Of a stretch of 37,607 nucleotides of DNA, positions 19,697 to 29,368 are shown one piece after another (the first letter of the stretch is position 1; each line of letters opens with the position of its first letter). The translations under genes and the position numbers were made by a program. Source of the DNA: a virus (Duplodnaviria > Caudoviricetes); IMG/VR virus record IMGVR_UViG_3300005611_000084, positions 1 through 37,607 of that record; one strand, written 5' to 3'. A model generated the notes under the pieces. That model ran no database searches. It was not told the DNA's origin and worked only from the letters and a program-made list of their open reading frames with translations.

Positions 19697-20056
19697 TTAT
19701 ATCGGTAAATACCTTATTGTTATTTCTGCACCATTTGATGGAGCAGTCTGGAATGTTAAGTCAGTTCCAGAGATTGTATAATCTGTAGTTGGTGTTAAAA
19801 GAATACCGTTAACATCAACAAAAATATCACTTACTGATCTACCACTATTTATAGTAAATGTGGTTGTTGAACCATCACCAGTAGCAGTACCACTTGAATA
19901 TGAAAGTGAAATAATATTTGATTTTTGAATTTTTTTAAGTCTATCGGCATTTGTATCGTAAACTAAAAAAACATCGTCAGCTGCAGCAGTTTGATTTAGT
20001 TCGGTATGACCAGTAATTACTGAAGTGTCTAAATTTGATTGTTTAATTTTTGCCAT
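19697..20056 (-). CDS. Small virion adaptor protein (GDGST/DYTISG domain)
   Basis: C-terminal domain nearly identical to the C-terminus of 30488..31426; ends RYLPI. Confidence 0.65.
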   Translation of the reverse strand: MAKIKQSNLDTSVITGHTELNQTAAADDVFLVYDTNADRLKKIQKSNIISLSYSSGTATGDGSTTTFTINSGRSVSDIFVDVNGILLTPTTDYTISGTDLTFQTAPSNGAEITIRYLPI

Positions 20057-20066
20057 CTGTTATTCC

Positions 20067-20309
20067 TTAAATTGGTAACTCTCTTATCACTATTGAATCT
20101 GCAGCTTCTGGAGCTGTTCCGAATGTTAAAGTTGTACCTGAAATAGTGTAATCAGTAGTCGGTTTTTGAACAAGACCATTTATAGTTACTATTACTTTAT
20201 CTACAGTTTGATTTTGAGTAACTGTAAAATCTGTAGTAGAACCATCACCTGTACCTGTTCTTACATTTATTTCAGTTGGTCGGTCTTTACCTTGTATGTA
20301 TCTTACCAT
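20067..20309 (-). CDS. Small virion adaptor protein (GDGST/DYTISG domain)
   Basis: GTGDGSTTDF..INGLVQKPTTDYTISGTTLTFGTAP..RELPI. Confidence 0.65.
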   Translation of the reverse strand: MVRYIQGKDRPTEINVRTGTGDGSTTDFTVTQNQTVDKVIVTINGLVQKPTTDYTISGTTLTFGTAPEAADSIVIRELPI

Positions 20310-20353
20310 TGTTAATTCCGTTTAAAGTTTTGTGTAGTAAAGTTATAAAACTA

Positions 20354-20722
20354 TTACACATCTTCTAGTACAGAAGCGATTACGTCTATTGATGAACCAG
20401 CAGAAGCCTCTGCTCTCAATACATCACCTGTTGTACCATTGTTCATAAGAACAAATTTGTTACCTTGCATTATTTCTACTGTAGTGTTTCCTGGAACTTT
20501 TAAATTTTTAACTATGTAACCATCATTGGTTGCGTCATAGTTATCTAAAAATAATCCAACTGTTCTTTCGGAAGCGTTTTTATTACAGACTGAAATGCCG
20601 ATAACGATTGATTCTAATGCTGAAGAACCAGCGCCTGCTGGTACTGTGTAAACAGCATCAGCTGAAGCACCTGTGTTTGTTCCCACATCTGCTTTAACTT
20701 GTCTTTTAAAATCGTTAGCCAT
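20354..20722 (-). CDS. Conserved small virion protein (MANxFK type)
   Basis: MANDFK..YTVPA..IVIGISVCN..NKFVL..GDVL..SVLE beta-sandwich pattern. Confidence 0.6.
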   Translation of the reverse strand: MANDFKRQVKADVGTNTGASADAVYTVPAGAGSSALESIVIGISVCNKNASERTVGLFLDNYDATNDGYIVKNLKVPGNTTVEIMQGNKFVLMNNGTTGDVLRAEASAGSSIDVIASVLEDV

Positions 20723-20745
20723 TTTTATTAACCTTCTACTGTTAT

Positions 20746-20809
20746 TATTTATACTTTTGTTTTAAGATTATTTATATTTATTCCAAAAGTTTAAATAATT
20801 ATATTTATA
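20746..20809 (-). promoter_or_regulatory. Three T4-type late promoter boxes
   Basis: TATAAATA at 20746-20753, 20769-20776 and 20802-20809. Confidence 0.7.
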
Positions 20810-20815
20810 TTTATT

Positions 20816-21208
20816 TTATCCTAGAGCGATTGCTTGAGCAATTGCAAAAGGTTGAGTTGCAACACTAACACTATTAATTGTAATAGCGGCAGAGTCTAAA
20901 CTCGTTATACCTGTAATAGTTGAGTCTAAAGAAATAGTCAATGTGTCAGTAGCACTAACACTTGCTGTTATATTAGAACTTCCTATTACGTTCAAAACAT
21001 CATTACCAGTTATTGTTTGTGTTGAAGAGGTTGAATCTCTCAATGTAAATGTACTTGTGGCACCTAATGCCTCATTGACGGCCGCTACAATAGATGATTT
21101 ATCAGTTGTATTTAGACTATTAAGACTACCTACATCTGTACCTAAAGTGTTAAACGTTGTTCTAAACGTTTCTAGTGTGTCGGATGTTGCTACTGATCTA
21201 ATTGACAT
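20816..21208 (-). CDS. Small fibre/adaptor virion protein
   Basis: SDTLETFRTTFN N-term, LNTTDKSSIVAAVNE fibre repeat; ends VATQPFAIAQAIALG. Confidence 0.65.
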   Translation of the reverse strand: MSIRSVATSDTLETFRTTFNTLGTDVGSLNSLNTTDKSSIVAAVNEALGATSTFTLRDSTSSTQTITGNDVLNVIGSSNITASVSATDTLTISLDSTITGITSLDSAAITINSVSVATQPFAIAQAIALG

Positions 21209-21209
21209 T

Positions 21210-21431
21210 TTACTTATCTATTACCTCTTTTAACATTTTTTTAATTTCAAATAATTCAGACTTTAAAGTATTTATTTCCTTTACAGTATCTCTTAACATA
21301 TCATTATTTTTTTCTCTCATTTTATGTCTTTTCATATAAGAAGAAAATTCTGTTGTATTTGTATTAACAATTGCATTACTACCTAAATCTCTAACTAAAT
21401 GACTGTGACCCTCTACTTTTAATTTAGTCAT
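21210..21431 (-). CDS. Conserved hypothetical coiled-coil protein
   Basis: KVEGHSHLVRD..SNAIVN plus a coiled-coil tail; usual neighbour of the VrlC-like gene in marine T4-like phages. Confidence 0.7.
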   Translation of the reverse strand: MTKLKVEGHSHLVRDLGSNAIVNTNTTEFSSYMKRHKMREKNNDMLRDTVKEINTLKSELFEIKKMLKEVIDK

Positions 21432-21432
21432 A

Positions 21433-24400
21433 TTATACCGCCAATGCTATTGCCCTTAAATCTTTTAATCGTGCAGGTAAAGCCGATACAGTACCATTAA
21501 AGACAACTTTAATTTGGAAAGATGTAAATTCTGGTAACGCACTTGCACTAAATTGATAATCTTTGAAATCTAAATCTATAACAGCTTCACCATTAGATGG
21601 ATCTACTGATACATCTGAAGAACCATCTGTGTTAAATGGTGTAAATGGTATATCTTCAATTCTTCTTGTTTCTTCACCACCTGATAATCTGAAGTAACAT
21701 TTAATTGATGATGTTGACCTTACACTAGCCGCTAATCTTACATCTAATGCTGTTGATGGATTTGCAAGATTGATTGATTTTGTAATATATGCACCAGCAG
21801 ATGAGCCGCCTTCTACAGCAGTATCATCTTCATAGTCAACTACGTTTGAAAGTTTAACTATTACTTTTGAACCACTTGCAGGTGCAGAGTCTAAAGTTAA
21901 ATCTGTTCCTGAAACTGTAAAGTCATCAACTGGTTGTAATTTTTTACCATCTTTTTTAACTGATAATAAATGTACACTTGTTGGTGTACCTGATAACGTA
22001 AACAACGTTGTTGAACCATCACCAGTAAATGTATCTGTAAACGATACAGTTGGATTATTTAATCTATTTGAAATCGCAAAAGCGTTAATTCGTTTTAAGT
22101 CAATTACTGGAGACAATTTAGTGTTTGTTGAACTTATAGTTAAATTAACCACTAAAGATTTTGCTCCAACAGGTTGATTTGTTTGGTTAATGTCACTTGC
22201 AACCATTCTTGGATTATCAAAATATAAATTATCTCCTATAACAACAGGTTCAGCTGAACTAGCACCTTGTAAACTAAATGGTGTTTCAGAACCGTGAATA
22301 GATTTACCAGTTGTTGTTCTCAACGTTGATGATAAAGTTGTGCCTGGATGTATAACATTACCTATTTGTAGTTGTAATACATCAAATAATCTATTTTGTG
22401 TGGCTGTTACAGTTGTACCACCAACATCACCTGTTGCGTTTGCTGTACCAGCAGTTGTAACATCATAACTATCTAAAGTTATATTTGAAATACTTGAATA
22501 TGTTCCATTGATTTGTGCTGAAGTAATACCATTATATGTACCAGAAGCAACACCAGCAATAGTTACGTTATCACTTGTACTGTGCATACCGTGATTTTTG
22601 TGGAATACTCTTATTACACCAGAACCATTAAATGTTCTAATTGGATTAGTATCTAAAGTTTTACTTGGTAAACTTGCGTTTGTTAATGTTAAGGTACCTG
22701 AACTTGTTATATCAAATTCAGCACGTTTCATAACAAATTTTAAGTCTTCCATTTGTTCAGCACTCCAAGTACGATTGTTTGCTGATTTAAATAGTACACC
22801 TGTATTTGGTTGTGCCGATACTGTTCTATCTGAACCTATAACTGTATCACCTAATCTAGCAATATATACTGTATAATCTGCTGAGTCAGAATATAAAACT
22901 AAAGCGTATTCTGTTTTTTCTTTTAAATAAACTGGCGAATTAAATGTAAATGTAGTTGCTGTTGAACCATCTGTACTTGTATTAACTTCACTAGGATTTA
23001 ACCACTTTGTTGAAAAAGGAACAACTGAATTGCCAGGATAACCATTGACCATATTTCTTATTTCTGCCTTAACAGGAATAGTAGATGATTTTGTTGCAAA
23101 ATAAGCATTAACACTTGTTATAAAAGCACCATCTTCATCTTCGATTAAGAATGATTGTGCCAATGGATCTCTACGACCAATCGTAGTTGATGTTTGTCTA
23201 ACTATCGCTCTTCTTTCAGTAGTATCTTGTCTAACTGTTCTTGCTTCTCTTGTTGAAACAACGGCCTCTTGTACAGTTTCTAATAAACCTTTTGCGTCAT
23301 AATCTGCTTCTGCAGCAGTTGCTGTCGCTGTTCTATCTGATGTATTTGTAGATGAACTTGTTAATCTGAATACTCTTTTACCTGTTCTCCATCTAGGATT
23401 TGATGCTGTGTTTGGATCAGGTATCGCAAATACGCCTTTAACAAATCCATTTGCATCCGTATTTAAATTTCCACCTAATGCACCACCATCTGGAGTTACA
23501 TAACTTGAAACATCAATATTATCAAAGAAAGGATAAACTCTTGTGTTAGGTCTCATTCCATATCCTTCAAATGTTACATTTCTACTTCTAATAAAAGGTA
23601 CAAAAGCAACTGATATTACTCTATTTCCTAAACTTTGTCTAACTGTTTGAGGTACTATTACTGTTCTAATTCCTGATCTAGTTTGTACGACATCTTGTGA
23701 TGTTGTTCTAACTAAAGCGTTACCTTGCCATCTTGTGTTTGTTCTTGGATTACCTGACCATTGATCTTGCCATTCATTCCATTCTGAACCTACAGGTATT
23801 TCAGTAGCACTTGTATTATCTAAACCAGCATTAATTGCTAAGTTATCAAATGTACCGTTAACATTTACAACCAATTCAGGCGCAACTCTTGTTTCTTTCC
23901 ATTCGTCAACTGGCGGATCTAATTCTACATCTCCAATCCAATCAAATATTAAAAATGGATTTAAGTTTTCAGTTTTTGTTGCGTAAGGTTGTTCAAAAAT
24001 AGTTGTTTCTGTGTAAGGTAGAGTTACAAGATCACCTGTTTTAGCATAGTTTGCAGCCGTTCTATCAGCAGCAACTATGGCTGTTAAGTCATCATCTCTT
24101 TCCTCTAATTCAATAACATCTTCGTTAAATGGTGTTCTTGCTTCTCCTCTTGCTCTATCAATTGAAAGTTTGTAGTCATTATTTCCTACATCACCAACAT
24201 TGTGTCCAGAGAAGTTATCTACAACAAAACCATTTTTAAATCTATCTAAACCATCTGCGTCTTGTATTTGTAAACTTTGAGCGTCAGCCTCTAATAGTGA
24301 AAGTTGAGTGTAATATTCTAAATTTTTAATTCTGTTTTCTAACTTACCAATATCTCTCATTGTGTAACGTCTATTATCTTCTTTTTCAATTAACACATCT

Positions 24401-27400
24401 GACGTTCTTAAAGTGTAACTTGGTATAGTTAAAGTTGCCAATAATAAATGACCATCTAAATTGCCAGGTTCTAATGGATTGATAGCAGAAGCACCTTTAA
24501 GTGCTTTTAATTCACCATCTCGTGTAATAAAGATTTTATCTATTCGATTTAAATAATATTCAAAGTCTGTAGTTGCGTCTGAATTAAATTGTAACACATC
24601 AACAGTAGAAGCACCTGTACCGTCATAACTTCTATCTGAACTGCCAGAGTTAATTGTTGAAGCGTCATCAACTCTTGGTCTAAAATCTAAACAATCTCTT
24701 AATTCAAATCTTTCACCTGTTGTGTCTGAAGTATATGCAGGAATATTTTCATAATCAATAACTCCAGAATATGAGTCAACATCAAAGTGATCACCAGATC
24801 CGTGTGAAAAATAATCAAAGTTAACAAGTAATTGACCTGTTGGTCGTATTGCACCTGGTTTTAATTTTAGTCTTCCAATATCATAGTAGTTATCTCTTTG
24901 ACCTGTGTCTAAAGTAAATCTATTTGTAATATCTGTATCACTTGCTGTTGCTGTCGTACCAAAACTACTTGACATATAAACATTATTAATTTGATAAACG
25001 TCAGCTTTTGCTAAACCGATTGTACCACTTTCAATTGTTGTTTGTGATGAAATGTTTATAGTTGAACCAGAGTTTAATGTTTTTGATTTTGAACTTGCAA
25101 CAGTTGTTCTTTGAACAGTTGCCAATATTTTAATTTTGTGTCCTTGAAAATCTGCACCAAAGTCAAATTTTAATGTTTTACCTACAGGTGAACCACCTAA
25201 TTCTAAAATAGGATCGCCTTCGTGGTTATTACCTGATAGATTTAATACATCACCAACAGCACCTGTACTACCAGCACCTGTTAACATTATTGTTGCTGTA
25301 AAATCGTCAGCAGCAAAAGAAGCAAATGTTTCGTTTGTACCCGCTGTAATAGTTTCATCACCATTAGACGATAATGTAATTGTAAACTGTCTTCTTACAT
25401 TATAACTTGTATCTGAAGCACCACCATTAGCAGTAGTTTTTAATGTTTTAACTGTGTTATGTGGTAATTCAAAAATTGAAATATTGTTTTCTGGATTTTG
25501 TAATTTTGCTCGTCTTCTTGTTAACACAGAAGCAGTTGTTACATCTGAACCTCCAACAACAGCAGTTAATTCTAATTCATTTTGAGATACGATATATTTA
25601 ACTGTAGCTGTGACAGTTGAACCAGCATCATTTGTAAATGAAACTGAATCGCCTATTTTTAAATCTGTTGTAAAGTTTGTACCTTTACCTAAAAGTGTTG
25701 CGTCTGAATTTGCAATTGAAACGTTACCTGTTATTGTTGTGTTATCAGCATATGTTGAAGATAAATCAGCATCAGCTGTGTATGCAGGTGATCCTGCCAT
25801 ACCTATTTGTTTAACAGCAGAAATATCTCTTGTTCTAACTGCTTTAAATCCTAAAGCGTCTGATTGTAAAGTTAATGCTGAAGTTGAAGTTTGACCTGTT
25901 ATTACTTCACCAGCACTAAATGAACCTTCTACGTTTGCAACGACTATTGTTGTATGTTCTAAAGTTGGGCCACCACTAAACGAAGTTACGTTAACTGCTG
26001 TTGTACCATCTGACTCATATAACTCAAAAGTATTTGTTGTTGTATTTCTAGCTGTATAAACTGTTGCGTCACTTGTACTAGCAGAATCTATTTGCCAAGT
26101 TCCGCCTGTTAAAAAAACTTGTTGACCATCTTTAATACCGTGATCATTTAAAGTAACAACACCAGGACTTGCAACTGAAATGGAAGTAACGGCAGTATTT
26201 TTGGTTGCTGTTACACTTTGAACAACACCAGTAGCGCCTGAACTTGCACCTGATACAATTTCGCCAGTTGTGTATGACGCTGTACCTAATGCGTTTAAGT
26301 GTGTAAACATTTCAATATCAAACAAGTAGTGTCTGTATATTGAAGAAGTAGCATTTATATCTAAACTTTCTGTAGCAGATACAGTTTCAAATCCACGAGA
26401 TTTAGCACGACCAATTTGAGGTACAGTTGTACCTACAGTTGATTGTTGAGTGCCTCTTACACTTGTTGCTGTATCATATAGATTAACTGATTTGAAAGCT
26501 TCTACATCACCAGATACAAATCCAACATCAGGTGAACCATAAACGTTTGTTACGTTAATAAAATTTTTTACATTAAATCTTGTTTTGTGATTATTTGCTG
26601 TTTCAAAATCTCTTGCTTTATCTACATCAACAAAAGTAGTTCCTAATCTTTCAGCTTCGTAACCTCTTACATATGCTTTAAAGGGTGAAATACCAATTGC
26701 AAGTTTTGTAGCGTCACCGCCATTACCAGCAGTATAGATACCTCTATTATTTCCTGAAACTAAATGTTCTCTTACATCAAAATCAGGATTAGTTAAAACA
26801 TAATCACCTGACTCATCAAATGTTCTTCTTGCTAATGTATCTTCAAGTACAGCATATTCTGTATTTCTAACAAGTGTTTTAATAACGCCATTTTCAACTC
26901 TAGCAATTTCAAAAAAGTTTTCATCTTCAGTTGATGATAAAGTTTTTTTAGCAAGTGTTAATGTAATTTTAAATCTATGAGCACCTGGTGCGTTTGCGTT
27001 TGATGAACCTTGTGCATTATCGTTTAACGTTGCGTCATCATTTGGTGTAACAAAAGATTCTGTTGCTGTGAAACCAATTCTATAAGAAGGTGTGCTTGTA
27101 TATTTGTCTAATACTAAAGTTGTACTATCAACTTGTACAAAATATCCATTAATGTAATAAACACCTGATTGAACACCTGCAGCTGAACCAGTTGCTGTAG
27201 TATCTACAACAGCAGTGGGAGTACCACTTGCGTCTGATGTAATAGTTTCACCATCTTGGAAAACTGTGTCTGTATTATTTGTTCCTGTTTTATTGTACTT
27301 TACAAATAAAGTATCAGGATCAGTACCGTCTGTAGCAGCAACACCAACAACTTCAGCAACTACACCTGAAGTACCACCAGTTACAGTTGTACCGTTATAT

Positions 27401-27666
27401 GTGTTTATACTTGAAGCTGATTTTGAAGTTAATTTTACAGCAGTATAATTTGTGTCAATAGAAACTTGACCAGGAATTACCATCGCACCTTGTTTGAAAA
27501 GGTGGTCTCCTACTCTTTCAATTTGATTTTGTAAAATAGTTTGAGATTGAGTTAATTCTCTTGCTTGAACAGCAAATGCAGGTCTAAAAAGAATCCTATG
27601 AAACTTTTTAGATTCTGTATAATCGTCATAATAGGGACTGACATTAAAATCAGTTGTAGCTGGCAT
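21433..27666 (-). CDS. Large virion structural protein (VrlC/DUF4815-like)
   Basis: FNVSPYYDDY..ILFRP..VQARELTQSQ, APGAHR, LARRTFDESGDY, RRYTMRDIGKLENRI, DRFKNGFVVDNF, DPLAQSF, C-term LRAIAL; follows gp8. Confidence 0.88.
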   Translation of the reverse strand: MPATTDFNVSPYYDDYTESKKFHRILFRPAFAVQARELTQSQTILQNQIERVGDHLFKQGAMVIPGQVSIDTNYTAVKLTSKSASSINTYNGTTVTGGTSGVVAEVVGVAATDGTDPDTLFVKYNKTGTNNTDTVFQDGETITSDASGTPTAVVDTTATGSAAGVQSGVYYINGYFVQVDSTTLVLDKYTSTPSYRIGFTATESFVTPNDDATLNDNAQGSSNANAPGAHRFKITLTLAKKTLSSTEDENFFEIARVENGVIKTLVRNTEYAVLEDTLARRTFDESGDYVLTNPDFDVREHLVSGNNRGIYTAGNGGDATKLAIGISPFKAYVRGYEAERLGTTFVDVDKARDFETANNHKTRFNVKNFINVTNVYGSPDVGFVSGDVEAFKSVNLYDTATSVRGTQQSTVGTTVPQIGRAKSRGFETVSATESLDINATSSIYRHYLFDIEMFTHLNALGTASYTTGEIVSGASSGATGVVQSVTATKNTAVTSISVASPGVVTLNDHGIKDGQQVFLTGGTWQIDSASTSDATVYTARNTTTNTFELYESDGTTAVNVTSFSGGPTLEHTTIVVANVEGSFSAGEVITGQTSTSALTLQSDALGFKAVRTRDISAVKQIGMAGSPAYTADADLSSTYADNTTITGNVSIANSDATLLGKGTNFTTDLKIGDSVSFTNDAGSTVTATVKYIVSQNELELTAVVGGSDVTTASVLTRRRAKLQNPENNISIFELPHNTVKTLKTTANGGASDTSYNVRRQFTITLSSNGDETITAGTNETFASFAADDFTATIMLTGAGSTGAVGDVLNLSGNNHEGDPILELGGSPVGKTLKFDFGADFQGHKIKILATVQRTTVASSKSKTLNSGSTINISSQTTIESGTIGLAKADVYQINNVYMSSSFGTTATASDTDITNRFTLDTGQRDNYYDIGRLKLKPGAIRPTGQLLVNFDYFSHGSGDHFDVDSYSGVIDYENIPAYTSDTTGERFELRDCLDFRPRVDDASTINSGSSDRSYDGTGASTVDVLQFNSDATTDFEYYLNRIDKIFITRDGELKALKGASAINPLEPGNLDGHLLLATLTIPSYTLRTSDVLIEKEDNRRYTMRDIGKLENRIKNLEYYTQLSLLEADAQSLQIQDADGLDRFKNGFVVDNFSGHNVGDVGNNDYKLSIDRARGEARTPFNEDVIELEERDDDLTAIVAADRTAANYAKTGDLVTLPYTETTIFEQPYATKTENLNPFLIFDWIGDVELDPPVDEWKETRVAPELVVNVNGTFDNLAINAGLDNTSATEIPVGSEWNEWQDQWSGNPRTNTRWQGNALVRTTSQDVVQTRSGIRTVIVPQTVRQSLGNRVISVAFVPFIRSRNVTFEGYGMRPNTRVYPFFDNIDVSSYVTPDGGALGGNLNTDANGFVKGVFAIPDPNTASNPRWRTGKRVFRLTSSSTNTSDRTATATAAEADYDAKGLLETVQEAVVSTREARTVRQDTTERRAIVRQTSTTIGRRDPLAQSFLIEDEDGAFITSVNAYFATKSSTIPVKAEIRNMVNGYPGNSVVPFSTKWLNPSEVNTSTDGSTATTFTFNSPVYLKEKTEYALVLYSDSADYTVYIARLGDTVIGSDRTVSAQPNTGVLFKSANNRTWSAEQMEDLKFVMKRAEFDITSSGTLTLTNASLPSKTLDTNPIRTFNGSGVIRVFHKNHGMHSTSDNVTIAGVASGTYNGITSAQINGTYSSISNITLDSYDVTTAGTANATGDVGGTTVTATQNRLFDVLQLQIGNVIHPGTTLSSTLRTTTGKSIHGSETPFSLQGASSAEPVVIGDNLYFDNPRMVASDINQTNQPVGAKSLVVNLTISSTNTKLSPVIDLKRINAFAISNRLNNPTVSFTDTFTGDGSTTLFTLSGTPTSVHLLSVKKDGKKLQPVDDFTVSGTDLTLDSAPASGSKVIVKLSNVVDYEDDTAVEGGSSAGAYITKSINLANPSTALDVRLAASVRSTSSIKCYFRLSGGEETRRIEDIPFTPFNTDGSSDVSVDPSNGEAVIDLDFKDYQFSASALPEFTSFQIKVVFNGTVSALPARLKDLRAIALAV

Positions 27667-27681
27667 TCTTCATCCTTTTTA

Positions 27682-29148
27682 TTAAAATTCAACAATAAGT
27701 TTAATATTTTCAGTCTGATCTGTAGCTCTAGTGATTGGAGCTCTATCTTCAATGTATAAAATGTCTCCAGAGTCAGCGTCTAACTCTGAAGCAGAATAAC
27801 CAGCAGTAAATGTAGCACCATTTACAGTATCAGTAAATCCTGTGTCAGGAGTAGCCGTAGCACTTGAACCTTGACCTGTAATAACATTTGCACCAGAAAA
27901 GGCAGTTAAATCACCATTACTATCAGCACCTTCGTCATTAAATCTTGTTTGTATGTAATATAAAATTCTATTTGTAGCATCCCATTCAACTACTTTACCA
28001 ACAGCGCCTGTTGTTGCCTGATTAATTTCTTCATCTACAGTAAATGAGCCTGGAGTTGGAGAAGCAGCCATACGAATAGCTTTTGTTGCTCTTAATGTTG
28101 TTGCAGAAGCAGCCGAACCTCCTGAATTTGGATCTCTAATTAATGCGACTCTTCTAAAATCGTTTGAGGCAGTTACATCTGAACCAGAACCTGATTCAAC
28201 ACCTACAAAGTTTGTATTCATCATCACAAAAAAACCACCTAATTCTTTTACAGCATTTTTTCCGTGACCATCTTTTGGTGGAATAATTACGTCTAATTCC
28301 GCACCAGTTAATGAACCACCACCTGCACTATTAATATCAGCCAATGTAATGTAACCGTAAGTATATCCTGAACCAGCAGCTGTTACAGTTACAGCGGTTA
28401 CAGCACCACCAGATATTGTTACTGAAACTGTGCCTGCTGAACCATCACCTCTTATTGCGATACCTGTATGAGTACCATTAGTACCACCAGAACCTGCAGT
28501 TTTAATTTTAACAAGGTCAATACCATCATCAGCAGCTGCAGCCACAGTTGTATCTGTTGAAACGTGCATAAAATCTGTTGATAAAAAGTTTGCTTGTTCA
28601 GAAGCAGTTAAAGAGTACATATATTTCCATAAGTATCCATCACCTGGATCAAAAACTGCTGTACCTGTACTTGTAGGTTCTGCTGTTGAAGCTGTATTAC
28701 CATCGTTGTCAATACATTTGTAAACATCAAAATTACTATTCATTACATAAAAAGTAGAGTCCCACAAATTAGTAGCACCACTATTAGATGTTTGAACAGT
28801 AGCAGTTCCTGTAATTCTGTTACCGTAATCGTGTCTGTAATAATCATAAACTGTACCTGATGTCCAGTTTCTTCTAGGAATAACAAAAGAAATATCTGAG
28901 CTTGTGACTTTTTTGGCAGCTAATGCGTCATCAAAAGCATAAAATTCTGATTGTACTGAATCTACAGGTGTTAATGGAGAAGCGTCTGTTCCCTCATTTT
29001 CTGTACGACTGTCTGGTCTTGTAGATGTAGCAAATGCCTGTGGTCTACCCAAAAGCATATAGTAAGTGTTTGAAGAACTTTCTGAAAAAGACTCTTCAAA
29101 TTGCTCTGCGTTATGTATTCTAAATTTATTTGTTATTATTGCTGCCAT
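27682..29148 (-). CDS. gp8: Baseplate wedge subunit gp8
   Basis: MAAIITNKFRI, RRNWTSGTVYDYYRHDY, VYKCIDN, DGYLWKYMY, GDILYIEDRAPITRATDQTENIKLIVEF. Confidence 0.93.
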   Translation of the reverse strand: MAAIITNKFRIHNAEQFEESFSESSSNTYYMLLGRPQAFATSTRPDSRTENEGTDASPLTPVDSVQSEFYAFDDALAAKKVTSSDISFVIPRRNWTSGTVYDYYRHDYGNRITGTATVQTSNSGATNLWDSTFYVMNSNFDVYKCIDNDGNTASTAEPTSTGTAVFDPGDGYLWKYMYSLTASEQANFLSTDFMHVSTDTTVAAAADDGIDLVKIKTAGSGGTNGTHTGIAIRGDGSAGTVSVTISGGAVTAVTVTAAGSGYTYGYITLADINSAGGGSLTGAELDVIIPPKDGHGKNAVKELGGFFVMMNTNFVGVESGSGSDVTASNDFRRVALIRDPNSGGSAASATTLRATKAIRMAASPTPGSFTVDEEINQATTGAVGKVVEWDATNRILYYIQTRFNDEGADSNGDLTAFSGANVITGQGSSATATPDTGFTDTVNGATFTAGYSASELDADSGDILYIEDRAPITRATDQTENIKLIVEF

Positions 29149-29167
29149 TTTTATTATTCCCTATTCA

Positions 29168-29175
29168 TATTTATA
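29168..29175 (-). promoter_or_regulatory. T4-type late promoter for gp8
   Basis: Exact TATAAATA upstream of the RBS. Confidence 0.8.
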
Positions 29176-29189
29176 CAAGTTTTCATAGA

Positions 29190-29366
29190 TTATTCTGGTG
29201 GATTATCAATTACAGTACCACCATCTGTTATCCATTTTTGAATTGCTTGGTAATCTGTGTTTGCTTCGTCTAGTGGTACAAACTTTATTTCTCCATTAGA
29301 TAATGTCATTTTATAGTTATCAAAATTACCACTTAAATTATAAATTTTTTCTACTGTATTAATCAT
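29190..29366 (-). CDS. 58-aa partner of the upstream fibre (not in the ORF track)
   Basis: Manual translation MINTVEKIYNLSGNFDNYKMTLSNGEIKFVPLDEANTDYQAIQKWITDGGTVIDNPPE; GGAG RBS; PxDxxNxDY..W motif. Confidence 0.75.
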   Translation of the reverse strand: MINTVEKIYNLSGNFDNYKMTLSNGEIKFVPLDEANTDYQAIQKWITDGGTVIDNPPE

Positions 29367-29368
29367 AA

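Noticed and set aside
27552-27752. ORF spanning the gp8/VrlC junction (and a similar alternative-frame ORF at 32869..33117)
   Set aside because: Out of frame with conserved genes and without independent coding evidence.
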